From the NCBI RefSeq assembly GCF_036588685.1, contig NC_086383.1, positions 21,390,001-21,454,000 on the forward strand: a stretch of DNA of 64,000 bases, read 5' to 3'. The notes beneath the pieces are model-generated. The model saw only the letters and a program-made list of their open reading frames with translations, was not told the origin of the DNA and did not search any database. Below, piece by piece: positions 12,245 to 26,364 of this stretch; the stretch's first letter is position 1, and each line of letters opens with the position of its first letter. The stretch comes from Mytilus trossulus (Eukaryota). The position numbers were made by a program, and so were the translations under genes.

Positions 12245-14431
12245 ATTGAACAACGTTACGAAGAGTATGATAAAGAGCGTATAAACATTGTAAACACAAC
12301 CAATTAAGCACTATATAGGGTTATCAATTTATTGAGACTTTAACTGACTTTTTGTTTCTTTTTAGATTTTGTGACGTCTAACTTTAAATGATAATGATTT
12401 CTCAATACGTTCAATATACATATCTTATTAGTTAACAAGTAAGTCAATATTTGACAATTTATACAAGTAAATAAAAGGTAGCTTTGAATTGCATTTCAGT
12501 TTTATCCTTATTCAAAGTATTCATAACATAATAAATAGAAAATATAATTTGTAATTTGTTAGTGTTTATACATGTAAGTTTGTTATCTTAAAAAGCTACA
12601 AAAAGCCGCTGTATACGCAACATAGGGATAATCATCCGGTGGTGTATGTAAAACTGTTTGTTTAAAGCTTTATAAGAGAAGGGACAGGATCTGGATGTTT
12701 CATTCCTTGTATGCAGATACTTTGTGAAATGGAGTGTCTTTTGTCATATGCCCATTGTTATTGATATCTTTTTAGTTTTTCGGCGAATGCTTGAAAGCAA
12801 TGGCAGTTATTTGCTGTGTGTTAAAGGATAATTATATATGAGATATATAATATATATATGTCCTTGCAACGCATTCATGTTCGTCAGACAAGTTTTACGA
12901 ACTAATTTCATAGAAAAAGTAATTAAGGTTAAACGTGGTTAGTTCCTTTCGCAAATACTATAAGCTGAATATCAACTATATGTGGTGTATAAAATGATTG
13001 TAAGGAATCATGTCGTCTGACAGATTCATCTGGCCTTTACTTCATTTTCATGGTCTTTGGCTAATAATTTTTTTTGTATATTGGTATTTTTTCCCCAAGT
13101 ATTTTAAGCACTAACCATATTTAGTGTACGAAAAAAAATAAAGGGACATTAACCTTACATGACATTAAGAGTGTTACATAATTATATGGTTTTTTTTTTA
13201 AAATAAATGGGTAATTATCCAACGCTCGAGGAAACTCATATCTCTTTGTAAATCAACAACTTTTTATGAAGAAACAGAGACTACAATCTACAATGAATCC
13301 CAATAGCCCTATATTTAAAACACATGTTTATATATGAAAAGGCATACATGACGTTGGGCAAAATTTGGAAATGAATGTGAAACTAATGAGAGATTGTACT
13401 TAGATCTCAACAGCTTTTTTATATCTTTTCAATCAAAGTCTTAATAAGAATATAATAGAACATAGTATAAAAATTAAAGTTTAAATAAACTTTTAAATGT
13501 ATAACAAAACAACAACAACAGACTGAATTACAAACACAAAACACTTTATGTCGTCCAGAAAAATGCATGTCAAAGCTAAATGCGTGATTACATATTCCAA
13601 CTTGATAGGAAATCATGCAATCCTACTCGTCATTGTTACTGATACGTACAATTAATTTTGAAGTGAAATGATAACTTTGATCGGAACATGTCTTAAAGTG
13701 TGAACAATAGATTTTTCAATCAATTCCAATCATTCAGACAATTTTCAGACTGTATCCACTGTGGTAAAAAAGGAACTGTACTCATGATTCGCTAGCAATA
13801 AGTTGAGATGTGTTCAGATTGTTCAGTAGTTTTTATTTAAACTATCTTATAACCTCAACAACGTACTGAATTATCAGAAAAAGTTCTGAACAGTGCTGAG
13901 TTAACTGCAGGTAAAACGTCTGAATAGTCTTTGCGTGCCCCGCAATAAGTTTGAAAATTGACCAAAAGACTGAATACGACTGAATTTTTTTTGATCCAAC
14001 TTCTCAGATTGTGTTTAGATTCAAATGACCGCTATTAGACCAAATTCGGATGCTAGTGTATGTCTGGTCAAAGACGATATCATACGACAGCGTCATCCAA
14101 CAACAGACATAAAAACACAAGTTTACTGAAACTGTGAAACTTACATGATATGGTAAAAAGTTTAAATATCTTTTCTGGAACAGTTGACAACTTACTCAAA
14201 CGTTAACTTACACGTACATTCAGGCTCAGGATCAGTCATGATCTTGTGTATTTCACCATTATTTTCATCTAGCGCCACTAAGTTGACCTTTTCTTTCATT
14301 ACTCCGATAAATCGTGTTAAAAAGTGTTTCCGTAAAAAGATACATTTATTCTTATCTCAGACACAGATTTGCGTAGTTCAATTCAATCAGATCAATAGAT
14401 TGACAGTAATGGGAAAACGGAATCAAGACCA

Positions 14432-14569
14432 GGCCTCACGGTCATAAACCTTTCGAGCATGATTTTTGTACTCAGACTCGAAAATCAACCAATCAAATTG
14501 TTGGATTTCATGTTTCGAGCATGATTTTTGTGCTCCGAGCACTGAGCAAGGTTTTATACCTTTGAGGCC
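14432..14569. mobile_element. Small MITE-like element
   Basis: Imperfect TIR GGCCTCACGGTCATAAACC / GGTTTTATACCTTTGAGGCC; internal repeat TTTCGAGCATGATTTTTGT twice. Confidence 0.5.
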
Positions 14570-16759
14570 AGAAACTGGGAGTTATATATCGTCTTAAAAT
14601 ACAACAAAAGCGACAATATGCAATCTCTCGAGGAATAGAATCACTGACTGAAATACAAAATGGATGCACATATTATATGGATTTCCCTACTGTAATGAAC
14701 ACTGTTGATTAGGAAAATATCACTAGTCTATTTAATCAGATACATATTACTGCAATCACAAATATGGTATAAGAATGTCGGAAGTGAGTTTACCAAGTAA
14801 TTTTGATAATCAAGTCCGAAAAAAACTAATGAGTCGCACATCTGGGTCAATCTGAAGTCAGAAGATTGTAATTCAGTTAATGTGATAGGTTGCAGTTTTC
14901 ATATTTGATTTTTCGTGTTTATATCTATGTCATAAATCAGGTTTTTGTTTTTTTTTCAATTTTATGACAGTTCGAAAACAGGTGATTCAACAAATCCTTA
15001 CAAAACCAGACGCTTGACTATATAAACCAACAGAACGACTAGAAATCCACTAGTATGTTTCTCTTGTTGTCAGCATTATACCATCATAAAAAACAAACGG
15101 AAGGTGAAGCAGGTATCTTCCTAATTGTATTCTTGAGAGAATATACAATATATTCTGCCTGATACAAGTACTATTTGAATTTGAGATCATTTTATCCAAA
15201 TTATAAATCACTCCATCACAAGTTGGTTGACAAAATGAATACTAAAATTTTTTTTTTTATAGATGACGATGAATTTTATCCAGATGTCATAACCACACTC
15301 TAGTCTATTTTATTTACATATCGTGTCGAATTCGACGGGGTTTGTACTTACATTCACAAACTAACAGGGGCCACAAAAAGAGAAGGATCTGCTTGCTTTA
15401 CTGGAAAATAAAAGTCATAGTGTTTGTTTAAAACTTATGAGTTAAACCATCTCTTCTGGTTATTGTTATACTCTGAAAAATGTCCTTTGTGGAATTCAGT
15501 AATTATGAGTGATATACATCTGGTCGAACACTATGCCGGATGTATTAAACTTTGAACTTTATACTTAACGAACATTTGGAGGAGAAACGTAAAAAAATAT
15601 TCGTTAGTGACTGAGTAAGATATCAACATGCTACATATGTAATAGTGTTAATATCTTAATGTAAGCTTATCTCTTTTTAACATAAAAGAAATACAATGTT
15701 TTGTTACCCGATAAAAGAGCAGATAACACGTATGTCCTATATATTTAAGAGGTTTAAAGAGTTTTATATATCAAAATATTTTACAGATATTCCAAGCATT
15801 TCTTATGATATTTTATTGGTAATTTTATCTCATTTTCATGTCACTGAAAATTGAAAAATGGTCCATGGATCTTGCATTGTTATGTGGTTTTGTTGTCTTT
15901 CTCTATAGCCATTTGTTACATGTAAAAGTCGGTTATGGATCAGTTTAAACATACGAGATAACCATCCAGTTTTGAGCGGGAGAGTCCCGCTTAACTGCTG
16001 AAACTCGTGAAATATCCCGCTTGTCGGTACTCTCCCGCGCGGGAAAATAGAATCTCCCGCTTTTGGATACTTTAGCTTTGAATGTCAGGTCAACATTAAT
16101 GACGTTTTGTGTCCTTGCTGAGGGTTGTTGTTACCTGTTTTACATGGTAAATCACAGACCATGAAAAATTAAATTGCTTCAGTTGTTAGCGTTGGTGTCA
16201 AACAAAGTACTAATTATCGATCATTAACTACTTTTGCCTCAACATGCTCAAGCTTTGTATTAATACAACCTTTCCAAAGAAAGATCGGATTACTTCCCTT
16301 GATTAATCCTGTTTTAAGTTATCCTATTTAATATAATAGGAGTTGATAAAACAATATAAGATAAATATAAATTGAACGAAGAATAAAAAAGGATGGCAAT
16401 TAAATGAAAAGTAAATACACAAAAATACTGAACTCCGAGCAAAATTCCAAAAGGAAAAAACAAAATCAAAAGGCAAAATCAAAAGTCAAAACACATCAAA
16501 CGAATGGATAACAACTTTCATATATCTGATTTGGTAGAGGTAATTTCTAATGTTAACCTCTCACCTATATGACAGTCGCGTCAAATTCCATTATATTGTC
16601 AACGATGTATGAACAAAACAAACATACTCAAAGAGTAAAAATGTCAACAATAGGAGTACAGCAGTCAATATTGTGTTATCATTATAAAAACAACAAATTT
16701 AACGAAGAAGCACTAAAAGGCATACATCGGAACTAAACACATTTATTCAAAAAACAGTT

Positions 16760-17380
16760 GTTGGCATTACACGGGTTATGTTCTTCTTATATATGTTATG
16801 ATGGTATGATACTAAACCCCTAACGAGAAGGATTGTGCCTTATATTCATATGATGAAATCATAATCTTTCAATCAGTTTAACTGAAGTCTGGAGCTGGTA
16901 TGTCAGTTAACTGCTAGTAGTCTGTTGTTATTTATATATTATTGTCATTTTGTTTAATTTCTTTGGTGACATCTTCTGACATAAGACTCGGACTTCTCTT
17001 GAATTGAATTTCAAATGTGCGTATTGTTATGCATTTACTTTTCTACATTGACTAGAGGTTTAGGGGGAGGATTGAGATCTCATAAACATGTTTAACCCCG
17101 CCACATTTTTGCGCCTGTCCCAAGTCAAAAGCCTCTGGCCTTTATTAGTTTTGTATTTGTTGATCTTTAGTTTCTTGTGTACAATTTGGAAATTAGTGTG
17201 GCGTTCATTATCACTGAACTAGTATAAATTTGTTTAGGGGCCAGCTGAAGGACGCCTCCGGTGCGGGAATTTCTCGCTTCATTGAAGACCTTTTGGTGAC
17301 CTTCTGCTGTTATTATTGTTTTTTATATGGTCGGGTTGTTGTCTCTTTGACACATTCCCCATTTCCATTCTAAATTTTAT
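16760..17380 (+). repeat. Dispersed repeat (CAGCTGAAGGACGCCTCC family); shorter copies at ~25160-25335 and ~35830-36075
   Basis: Three copies share TTATCACTGA.CTAG...CCAGCTGAAG.ACGCCTC...GACCTTCTGCTGTT...GGTCGGGTT...CCCCATT.CCATT. Confidence 0.75.
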
Positions 17381-17902
17381 ACATCTTTTACATACTCATT
17401 ATGCTTTTCTTATACGACTTGATTTTGTATGCCTTAAGACAAAAAATAATAATTGTATGAAAATCATTTAAAAGATCTATACTTTTATTCAATGTTTGGA
17501 TTGAAGTGTATAAAATATGTATTGGACAACATGTGTCAAACCGACCGTGCAAGTGCTGTATTTCCAATCAAGGTCGATAATATCTTCCATTTGTTGTTGT
17601 AACAAACCAACATAGTGTAAATATAATATAACCATATATCAAAAAAGAAGGCAATCTATCAATTCTTATATGAATTTTGAAGAAGAGTAAAACAGGTCAT
17701 ATATTTCACTTGAAAAAAGTCGTTTGCGCAAATTCTCCCCTCAGCTGTCATAAAAGGTTTTAGAGGTTGTCATGTATGGTTAAAACGAAACCAGTTTTTT
17801 TTTCATAAATATAAGAAAGAGCATGTCATTCGAAATTGTGTGACCAACCCTATGTTTAAGTGTATTGAATTTAAATGTTGACATAGTTTTTATGTTGAAT
17901 TG

Positions 17903-19270
17903 TGTAATCATGTTAGTTAGTAGAACAACTGAGTATTGGTAAATTACATTTTGTTATTATGTTATTTAGTAGAACTACTGATTATTGGTAAATTACATTT
18001 TGTTATTATGTTATTTAGTAGAACTACTGATTATTGGTAAATTACATTTTGTAATTATGTTAGTTAGTAGAACTTCTGATTATTGGTAAATTACATTTTG
18101 TTATTATGTTATTTAGTAGAACTACTGATAATTGGTAAATTACATTTTGTTATTATGTTATTTAGTAGAACTACTGATTATTGGTAAATGACATTTTGTA
18201 ATTATGTTAGTTAGTAGAACAACTGATTATTGGTAAATTACATTTTGTTATTATGTTATATAGTAGAACTACTGATTATTGGTAAATTACATTTTGTTAT
18301 TTTGCTATTTAGCAGAACTACTGACTATTGGTAAATTACATTTTGTTATTATGTGATATAGTAGAACTACTGATTATTGGTAAATTACATTTTGTTATTA
18401 TGTTATTTAGTAGAACTACTGATTATTGGTAAATTACATTTTGTTATTATGTTATTTAGTAGAACTACTGATTATTGGTAAATGACATTTTGTAATTATG
18501 TTAGTTAGTAGAACAACTGATTATTGGTAAATTACATTTTGTTATTATGTTATATATATAGTAGAACTACTGATTATTGGTAAATTACATTTTGTTATTT
18601 TGCTATTTAGTAGAACTACTGACTATTGGTAAATTACATTTTGTTATTATGTGATATAGTAGAACTACTGATTATTGGTAAATTACATTTTGTTATTATG
18701 TTATTTAGTAGAACTACTGATAATTGGTAAATTACATTTTGTTATTATGTTATTTAGTAGAACTACTGATTATTGGTAAATGACATTTTGTAATTATGTT
18801 AGTTAGTAGAACAACTGATTATTGGTAAATTACATTTTGTTATTATGTTATATAGTAGAACTACTGATTATTGGTAAATTACATTTTGTTATTTTGCTAT
18901 TTAGCAGAACTACTGACTATTGGTAAATTACATTTTGTTATTATGTGATATAGTAGAACTACTGATTATTGGTAAATTACATTTTGTTATTATGTTATTT
19001 AGTAGAACTACTGATTATTGGTAAATTACATTTTGTAATTATGTTATTTAGTAGAACTACTGATTATTGGTAAATTACATTTTGTAATTATGTTAGTTAG
19101 TAGAACAACTGAATATTGGTAAATTACATTTTGTAATTATGTTAGTTAGTAGAACTACTGAATATTGGTAAATAACATTTTGTAATTATGTTATTTAGTA
19201 GAACTACTGAATATTGGTAAATTACATTTTTTAATTATGTTAGTTAGTAGAACTACTGATTATTGGTAAA
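17903..19270. repeat. 49-bp tandem satellite, about 28 units
   Basis: Unit TATTGGTAAATTACATTTTGTTATTATGTTATTTAGTAGAACTACTGAT; successive starts at 17934, 17983 and onward. Confidence 0.95.
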
Positions 19271-19308
19271 TAAACTCATCATAGATACCAGGACTAAATT
19301 TTATAAAT

Positions 19309-19351
19309 ACGCCGACGCGCGTTTCGTCTACAAAAGACTCATCAGTGACGC
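19309..19351 (-). ncRNA. Minimal type I hammerhead ribozyme motif
   Basis: Minus strand reads gcgtca CTGATGA gtct-tttgt-agac GAAA cgcgcg TC ggcgt: complete core, 4-bp stem II, palindromic short stem III, GUC cleavage triplet. Stem I lacks one nucleotide. Confidence 0.8.
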
Positions 19352-20084
19352 TCGAATCTAAAAACGTTATAAAAAGCCAAATGAAGTACGAAGTTGAAAA
19401 GCATTGAGATCCAAAATTCCTATAAGTTACATTTTTGTATCGTTTTGCGTTCAATATTGAATCTTGAAAATAATGTATTGTTCCCTTAAACATGTTAAAA
19501 CTACATTTACTGGGGTGAAGCTGATGCTCGTAACTGCATTCACAGTCATCCCAGGATATCGGATGCAAATAAAGGTACTGTCTATTTCAGTGTTTCTATA
19601 TCATTTGCTTTACAAAGGAGACATTGATACGATGTCAGTCTATAAAAGCTTCGCACGGGAATAACAAATTGCTTTCAAGAAATGTGCATGAAACAGGACA
19701 TCCAATTTGAACAAATCACTAAGATGACCGTTACAGAATCAACGATTCATAACAAGGGTGACCTTAATTGGTTAAAAGATAACCGTAAAGAATGACCGTA
19801 AGTTCTAAATGATGAGAGTAACTTTTAAAGGATGATCGTCAATTCTAAATATCCGTATTCGTATAACTACCTTTTTGTGTCAAATGATTAATGATGTTGA
19901 CATAAAAAGTATTTATGTGAGAATATTAACCAGAAGAAAATAAGACATGCACATGAATAAGAGCGGGGAAACATGCACAAAGTATAATGCAATAAAAATG
20001 GTGCTGCACAGTCTCCAACTAAATCTTCCAAAAGATGTTTCTTTTTATAATTTCTGGAATTCCTTGTAATGACATAACTGCACT

Positions 20085-21143
20085 GTTAAAAGAATATTGG
20101 TATTGCTTTGCTTCATAGAAAAGAATGGCCAACGTAGATACAAGTATCTTGTCTTAGGAAGGAATAAATCCTATTTTGTAAAGGATCACTCTGATTCAAA
20201 CAATAAATTCTCTGAAACTGATATTATCAAGATGCCTGATTTTTTTGACAACATATTTGTTAAGTTCGGAAGACGTCTTTTCCAACAGACTGTCCCCCTT
20301 TACTTGACGACCTATTTCTTTATAACTATGAGGCTGACTTCGTGTAGTAACTTCTTAGGAAGAAAGATAAGAAGTTAGCAATATCCTTTAACCCCGCTAT
20401 ATAGATCATGTTCTTTCACTAAATAATTCAAAATTTGGTAACTATGTGGAACGCATCTATCCCATTGAACTAGAGATAAAGGATACTACAAATACAGTTA
20501 AGTCGGCTTCATATCTTGACTTACATCTAGAAATTGACAGTGAAGGTCGGTTGAAAACAAAACTTTACGACAAAAGAGATGATTTCAGCTTCCCAATTGT
20601 GCACTTTCCATTTCTAAGTAGCAACATTTCAGCAGCACCTGCATACCGGGTTTATATCTCCATATTGATACGATATTCATGTACTTGCATTTCCTATCAT
20701 GACTTTCTTGATAGAGGGTTGCTGCCCACAAGGAAGCTATTAAACCAAGAGTTTCAAATGGTGAAAATCATCCCTTCGTAAATTTTACGGACGCCACCAC
20801 GAGTGGGTTGGCGTTGTCAGTTTGTTTTAGATTTATGAGTTTGACTGTCCCTTTGGTATCTTTCGTCCCTCTTTTATTGAATAACCGTTTCACAAATGAT
20901 ATCGGATATGTTCCTTACGTCGTAACTACAATCCCCTTCTTTTTCATAAATGTGACCTACCCATTTAGACTATTTACCGGATTTGATATCGCATAAGCAA
21001 CACGACGGGTGACATATGTGGAGCAGGATCTGCTTACCCTTCCGGGGCACTTGAGATCACCCCTAGTTTTTTTGGCGGGTTCGTGTTGTTTATTCTTTGG
21101 TATGTTGTGTCATGTGTACTATTGTGTGTCTGTTTGTCTTTTT
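20085..21143 (+). mobile_element. Decayed Penelope-like retroelement RT fragment with 3' region
   Basis: Fragments translate to DNIFVKFGRRLFQQTV, RYIDHV (YIDD-like), SASYLDLHLEI, KLYDKRDDFSFPIVHFPFLSSNI; frameshifted. Confidence 0.75.
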
Positions 21144-21333
21144 GATGTTCAGTAGTAATTACATTATGTTCAGTAGTTATTACATTATATTCGGTGCTTT
21201 GGTGATTATGTTCAGTAGTTTCATTATTATATGCAGTGGTATTTAAATTATGCTCGGTACTTCTGACTTTATATCCAGTTCATTTTTCATTATGTTCAAT
21301 AGATTCAATATTATTTACAGTACATTATGTAAT

Positions 21334-22603
21334 ACCTTCAGTAGTCCCGGTTTCTTTATATTCATATTAGATTATTCATTATGTTCAGTAAAAACATCGG
21401 TGTTATATTCGGTTCGTGCAACTTTATGTTCAGTGGTTGTATCATTATGATGATGTAGTAAAAGTCGGGAAGCCAATAACGGAAATTGTCGGAAAAAAAC
21501 GAACGCGGATATTTTTGACGGACGTTTTATTCATGAACAATTTTACACCGGGTTAAAGTACGTCCATTATTCATAGTTCATTATTCAAAATTCAATAATG
21601 AATAATGAAATAGTTCACTATTCACTATTCAATGTTTAAAAAATGATAAATGAAATAGTTTATATTTCATCATTCAACTTGAAGCGGTGAATAGTGAAAT
21701 AAAAAATGAAAAAAAAAATGACTGACACTTTAGCTAAATCCCGTATTTCTAAATTCGTCTTTTTGGTGTTATCCAACAAATATTCAACGTTCGGGTTAAT
21801 TAAAAATTGGCTATTTCTTTATTTGCAAGCGTCTTTTGGCATTTAGGTCCTCCGTAACCCCTCTAATTGTCATTGCGGCACAATCGATTTGTTTTATCTA
21901 TAATTTATTAAAGGACGAAGAATAGCAAAGGTACAGTGAAAATTAAAAAAGAAAGAACACGTAGAGTACTTCAATTTTGAAAAAAAATATGTTTTGGTAT
22001 TCAGGTCGTCTATACATCATGTACATAGAACCAAGGAATTTCTGTTAAAAATAGTTACGAAAACCCACTATTTTATCCTCTGAAACTAGGAACTAGATAA
22101 ATATATAAATTAAAAGAGTGTTTTTATCTAAAAAAAATGATATTAATTTGAATATTTGTTGGATAACACTAAAAAGACGAATTTAAAAATATGGGATATA
22201 CATGTAGCTATAGTGTCGCAGTCATTTTGTTTTATTCATTTTTTTATTTAACTATTCACCGCTTCAAGTTGAATGATGAAATATAAGCTATTTCATTATT
22301 CATTTTTTAAACATCGAATAGTGAACTATTTAAATATTCATTATTGAATTTTGAATAATGAACTATGAATAATGGACGTACTTCAGCGCGGTGTAAAGGT
22401 GTTCATGAATAAAACGTCCGTCAAAAATATCCGCGTTCGTTTTTTTCCGACAATTTCCGTTATTGGCTTCCCGACTTTTACTACATCATCATAATGATAC
22501 AACCACTGAACATAAAGGTGCACGAACCGAATATAACACAGATGCATTTACTGAACATAATGAATAATCTACTGAATATACAGAAACCGGGACTACTGAA
22601 GGT
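21334..22603. repeat. Large inverted repeat: ~455-bp arms (21334-21787 and 22148-22603) with a 360-bp spacer
   Basis: For example TAGTAAAAGTCGGGAAGCCAATAACGGAAATTGTCGG versus CCGACAATTTCCGTTATTGGCTTCCCGACTTTTACTA. Confidence 0.9.
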
Positions 22604-23680
22604 TTTTAGATTGCAACCGATCTGTAAACATGATAAATACGCGGACATTATCGAGAGCAAAATTATATTCCTTATCGCTTCTTAATTTATTTTAAATTGA
22701 TACTCCTAAACATATATTTTTTTAACATAATCTAATAATATGAAAATGTCGTTAGAAGCATGAAAAAGTTTAAAATCTTTAATATTTATACACACGTATA
22801 GAAAAAGTGTGTTAACGCATGCGGAAGAATATCCCAAGAACGTTTGCAATCTCCGATTCAGAGTTATCTCTCTTTGCCCCCTTTCTCTGCGTGAAACATT
22901 GAACGTTTTGCGAGAAAATATGAATGCCCACTCAAATTCAATCTATGAGAAAAATCGAATTATTACAAAAGAGTGTCCACCATGCACTTGCACAGCACTA
23001 CTATTAACATGATTAATATAGTGCAATGGATTGATATACAAATTGATGAAAATTATATATTATACACATGAAACTATATTAAAATATAAAAAAAGTTTAC
23101 TGATTTGTATCACTACAGCGATGAGGTTGAATTTATCATCCACGAACGGACTTGTCTCAGAAAAAATATATATCTGTACTTTAACGTCACTTTCAGGTAA
23201 AGAGATGTGATTTGGTTTTCTGTGACAAGTGCTTGTGACATTCCACAAGAACTTGCGGTCATTCTATGTCCAGTGCTTCAGTACTTTGAAGCATCTCTTT
23301 AACATAAAGATGTTCTAAAAAAAAGAACAAGGATTTTATGTCTTTTACAAATGTCTCACTATCCTTACATTATCTTGATTCATTTTGAGAACTTAAATCG
23401 TATCAATGACATACTGCTCATTTAAAGACTTTTGAAAACTGGGAGTTAACTGGCAATTGTTTCATGGTGCTTTAAACGGATGAACGAGAGGGTTCCAAAA
23501 TTCCAACAATAAAAAATATGACCAGTGAACTTTCTTAATTTAAAACCAATAGCAGGAAAATTACAGAGGAATTAAAGCCTTCCCTTTCGTGTTAAAGTCT
23601 GTCACAATTATTTTTCGTTTTATAGGTAATTTCTTTTAAAGAATATGTTACGTCGATTTCAAGGCGAACAAGATTGCATC

Positions 23681-24077
23681 AATAGACCACTTTCGAGTTC
23701 ATCCGTCACCGGCAAAAACTCGTCAATTATACACGCCTTTATGACGTCATTTACCAGATAGAGGGGCTCGCCTGTATCCCTGCACTATTTACGTTCATCA
23801 AGCGTCTTAGTGATCGTCTTTGTGCAGGATAAACTAGAAATAATGGTTGCTCTGTAGGTACTTACTGACATTTCCCTAATGACAGAAGTGTTGATTGTCA
23901 ATTTTGAGAATTCAATTTGCCGAATAATTCGTACAATATAGAACTATAGTTTTCCAACCACTCGCTCAACATTGGAAGGAAGTGACGACGCCCCTAAACG
24001 CACAAATGACGATGATAAAGGCGCGTATAATTGACGAGTTTTTTTCCGGTGACGGATGAACTCGAAAGTGGTCTATT
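23681..24077. mobile_element. MITE with ~60-bp TIRs
   Basis: AATAGACCACTTTCGAGTTCATCCGTCACCGG... is the reverse complement of ...CCGGTGACGGATGAACTCGAAAGTGGTCTATT. Confidence 0.85.
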
Positions 24078-26364
24078 CAAGAGTTTTTCCGCACTTTGAT
24101 GATAATTTGGATTGAACCATATGAACTTCATGCCTCGCTAGCTATTACTAAAAAACGTCTCGCTTTAACAGTAGTCGGGAAATGGAGGACCGATATGTCT
24201 AAATTGGCATTATTTTAACAGAAACTGTCAAAACAATGACTATTTTAGAATGATAACATTAAGATCCAATAGAATATATTTGTATGAAATTATATATTTT
24301 TAAAATAAAATTTCTCAGAATAATGATGTGCAGCAAATCCATTTAATGAACATTTGGCTTAAATGTGTATTTAGCTATATTTATCGAACCATTCGCGTTC
24401 ATAACTAAACGCATCAAAGCTTACCGTTCATACCGTTAATTCCGCAATAATATTGATTGAATTTATATCTCTCCGTTCGTAAAATAAGTTGATGTTTCTT
24501 ATTTATACGTCGATATTCGTTAAAATATTGAACAAAAAGATAAATTCATATCAACAACTGTGGAATAATGTATTGATTATAAATGCACTTTGTCGGTAAA
24601 CGTGAAAATGTGTACGAGCTTTAGAAACAGGACAAAAAGCGAGGCTTGTCGTATTTTCTACTGTTTCGCAGCGAGAACTTATACATTTTATATATCTGAT
24701 AAGGTACATATATTGTTAACAATTTATACCTATTTGAGCAAAAGTTGTTTAAATCTTAACCATTGTCTCTGAGTTTTACAATTATTGAAACGCGGACTAG
24801 AAGACTCCCCAAAAATGAACTATTACACAGAAAGAAATATCCATATTACCGATTGATCAACATGGAAGCGGGTAGCAGGAGAATTTATTTGTACTTGTAG
24901 AAACAAAGCACAAACAATATTGTTAACCTATTATTTGTATACAATAACTAGCTAATTGTAGGATAAAATCGAATAAATTAACTGTAACCATTTTTTTTTT
25001 AAACTGATGAAAAAATTAAATGGGGTAAAAAAAAACAAATTAGCTGATTATGCGGTATGGTGTTTTTTTATGTTAAAGGCCATGATGGGATCTATTGTTA
25101 TTTATTTCTTTGTCATTTGGTCTCTCGTGGAGAATTGTCTAATGTGAGTCATACCACATCTTCATTATCACTGAACTAGGATATATTTGTTAAGGGTCCA
25201 GCTGAAGAACGCCTCTGCATGCGGGAATTTCTCGCTACATTGGAGACTTGTTGGTGACCTTCTGCTGTTGTTGTTTTTTCCACGGTCGGGTTGTTGTCTC
25301 TTTGACACATTCCCCATTGCCATTCTCAATTTTGTGATACCCATTTTAGCAACAGAGTAATTTTTTTTTAAAAGACAACAAAAGAAACGATTTACACATC
25401 ACTCATAAAAAAAACCAATAACAATTAAACTAGAATTTGTATTTTTTGTATCGTGCTTGATGACACGGTTCGAAAAGTAACCAGACCAAATATGGATAAA
25501 TCAAAGTCATTATTTGGAGTTTCAAGCTGCGGGATTTAATTTCGAGTATGGCCAGTGAAGGTGGAACATCGCTGATAACCCTTTCATTCAGAAGAGATAT
25601 GCGTATGCGTCATTATTGTGGATTACAGGATAACTTTAAAAAGGCAGTTTCTAATACGAACAAAAAATACTTTTTTTAGAGAACATGCAGCTTTTTGTTA
25701 CACCTTTCTAAATTTTTCCCAAAATCTCTGTAAGTTTAAAAAAAAATATATTAGATAAGAGGGGCGGGTCACCTGACCATCACTTTTAAGGACACTCACC
25801 CGTCTCAACACGTCTTGTCAGGGACGGAGAAAATATTAAGTCTTAGGAAGGTTATTCAGAATAACATTTACAACTGTCAAGGGAAATGAACGAATATAGA
25901 ATCTTAGACATGTTGTAGGATTCCTTAGCAGCTACACGAAACATGTGCGGCGTTATTGCATGTGTAGCATTAATCTAGTACACGTTTCTCGGTAGATAAA
26001 AAACATACTTGGAGGGTAATAACAAAGCATCCTGGTCTCTTGTGAAGAGTTGTCACATTGGCATACGTACCACATCTTCCTTTTCATATGATATTGTTCC
26101 TTAGTCGTGTCTGAATATTTATAAAAAAAAATCATCTAGTACAGTGAACAAATTTTCAAAACATGGATGCATAACGCACACCGAGCAAAATAATTTCCAA
26201 CAAAACTAAATACATTGTAAGTATTTAGCATTTTTACACCAATCAATATATAAAAATCCACAGTTTGTAAGAAAGCTAAAAAAAATAAATGTATTTATCC
26301 AAAATGCATATCATTGATGCGTTTTGTTTTAATCTGTGTCAAAAAAGCGTTTACCAGAACGTTA

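Noticed and set aside
17903-19270. Regular repeat array as a possible CRISPR array
   Set aside because: Units are contiguous with no unique spacers, there are no cas genes, and the context is eukaryotic.
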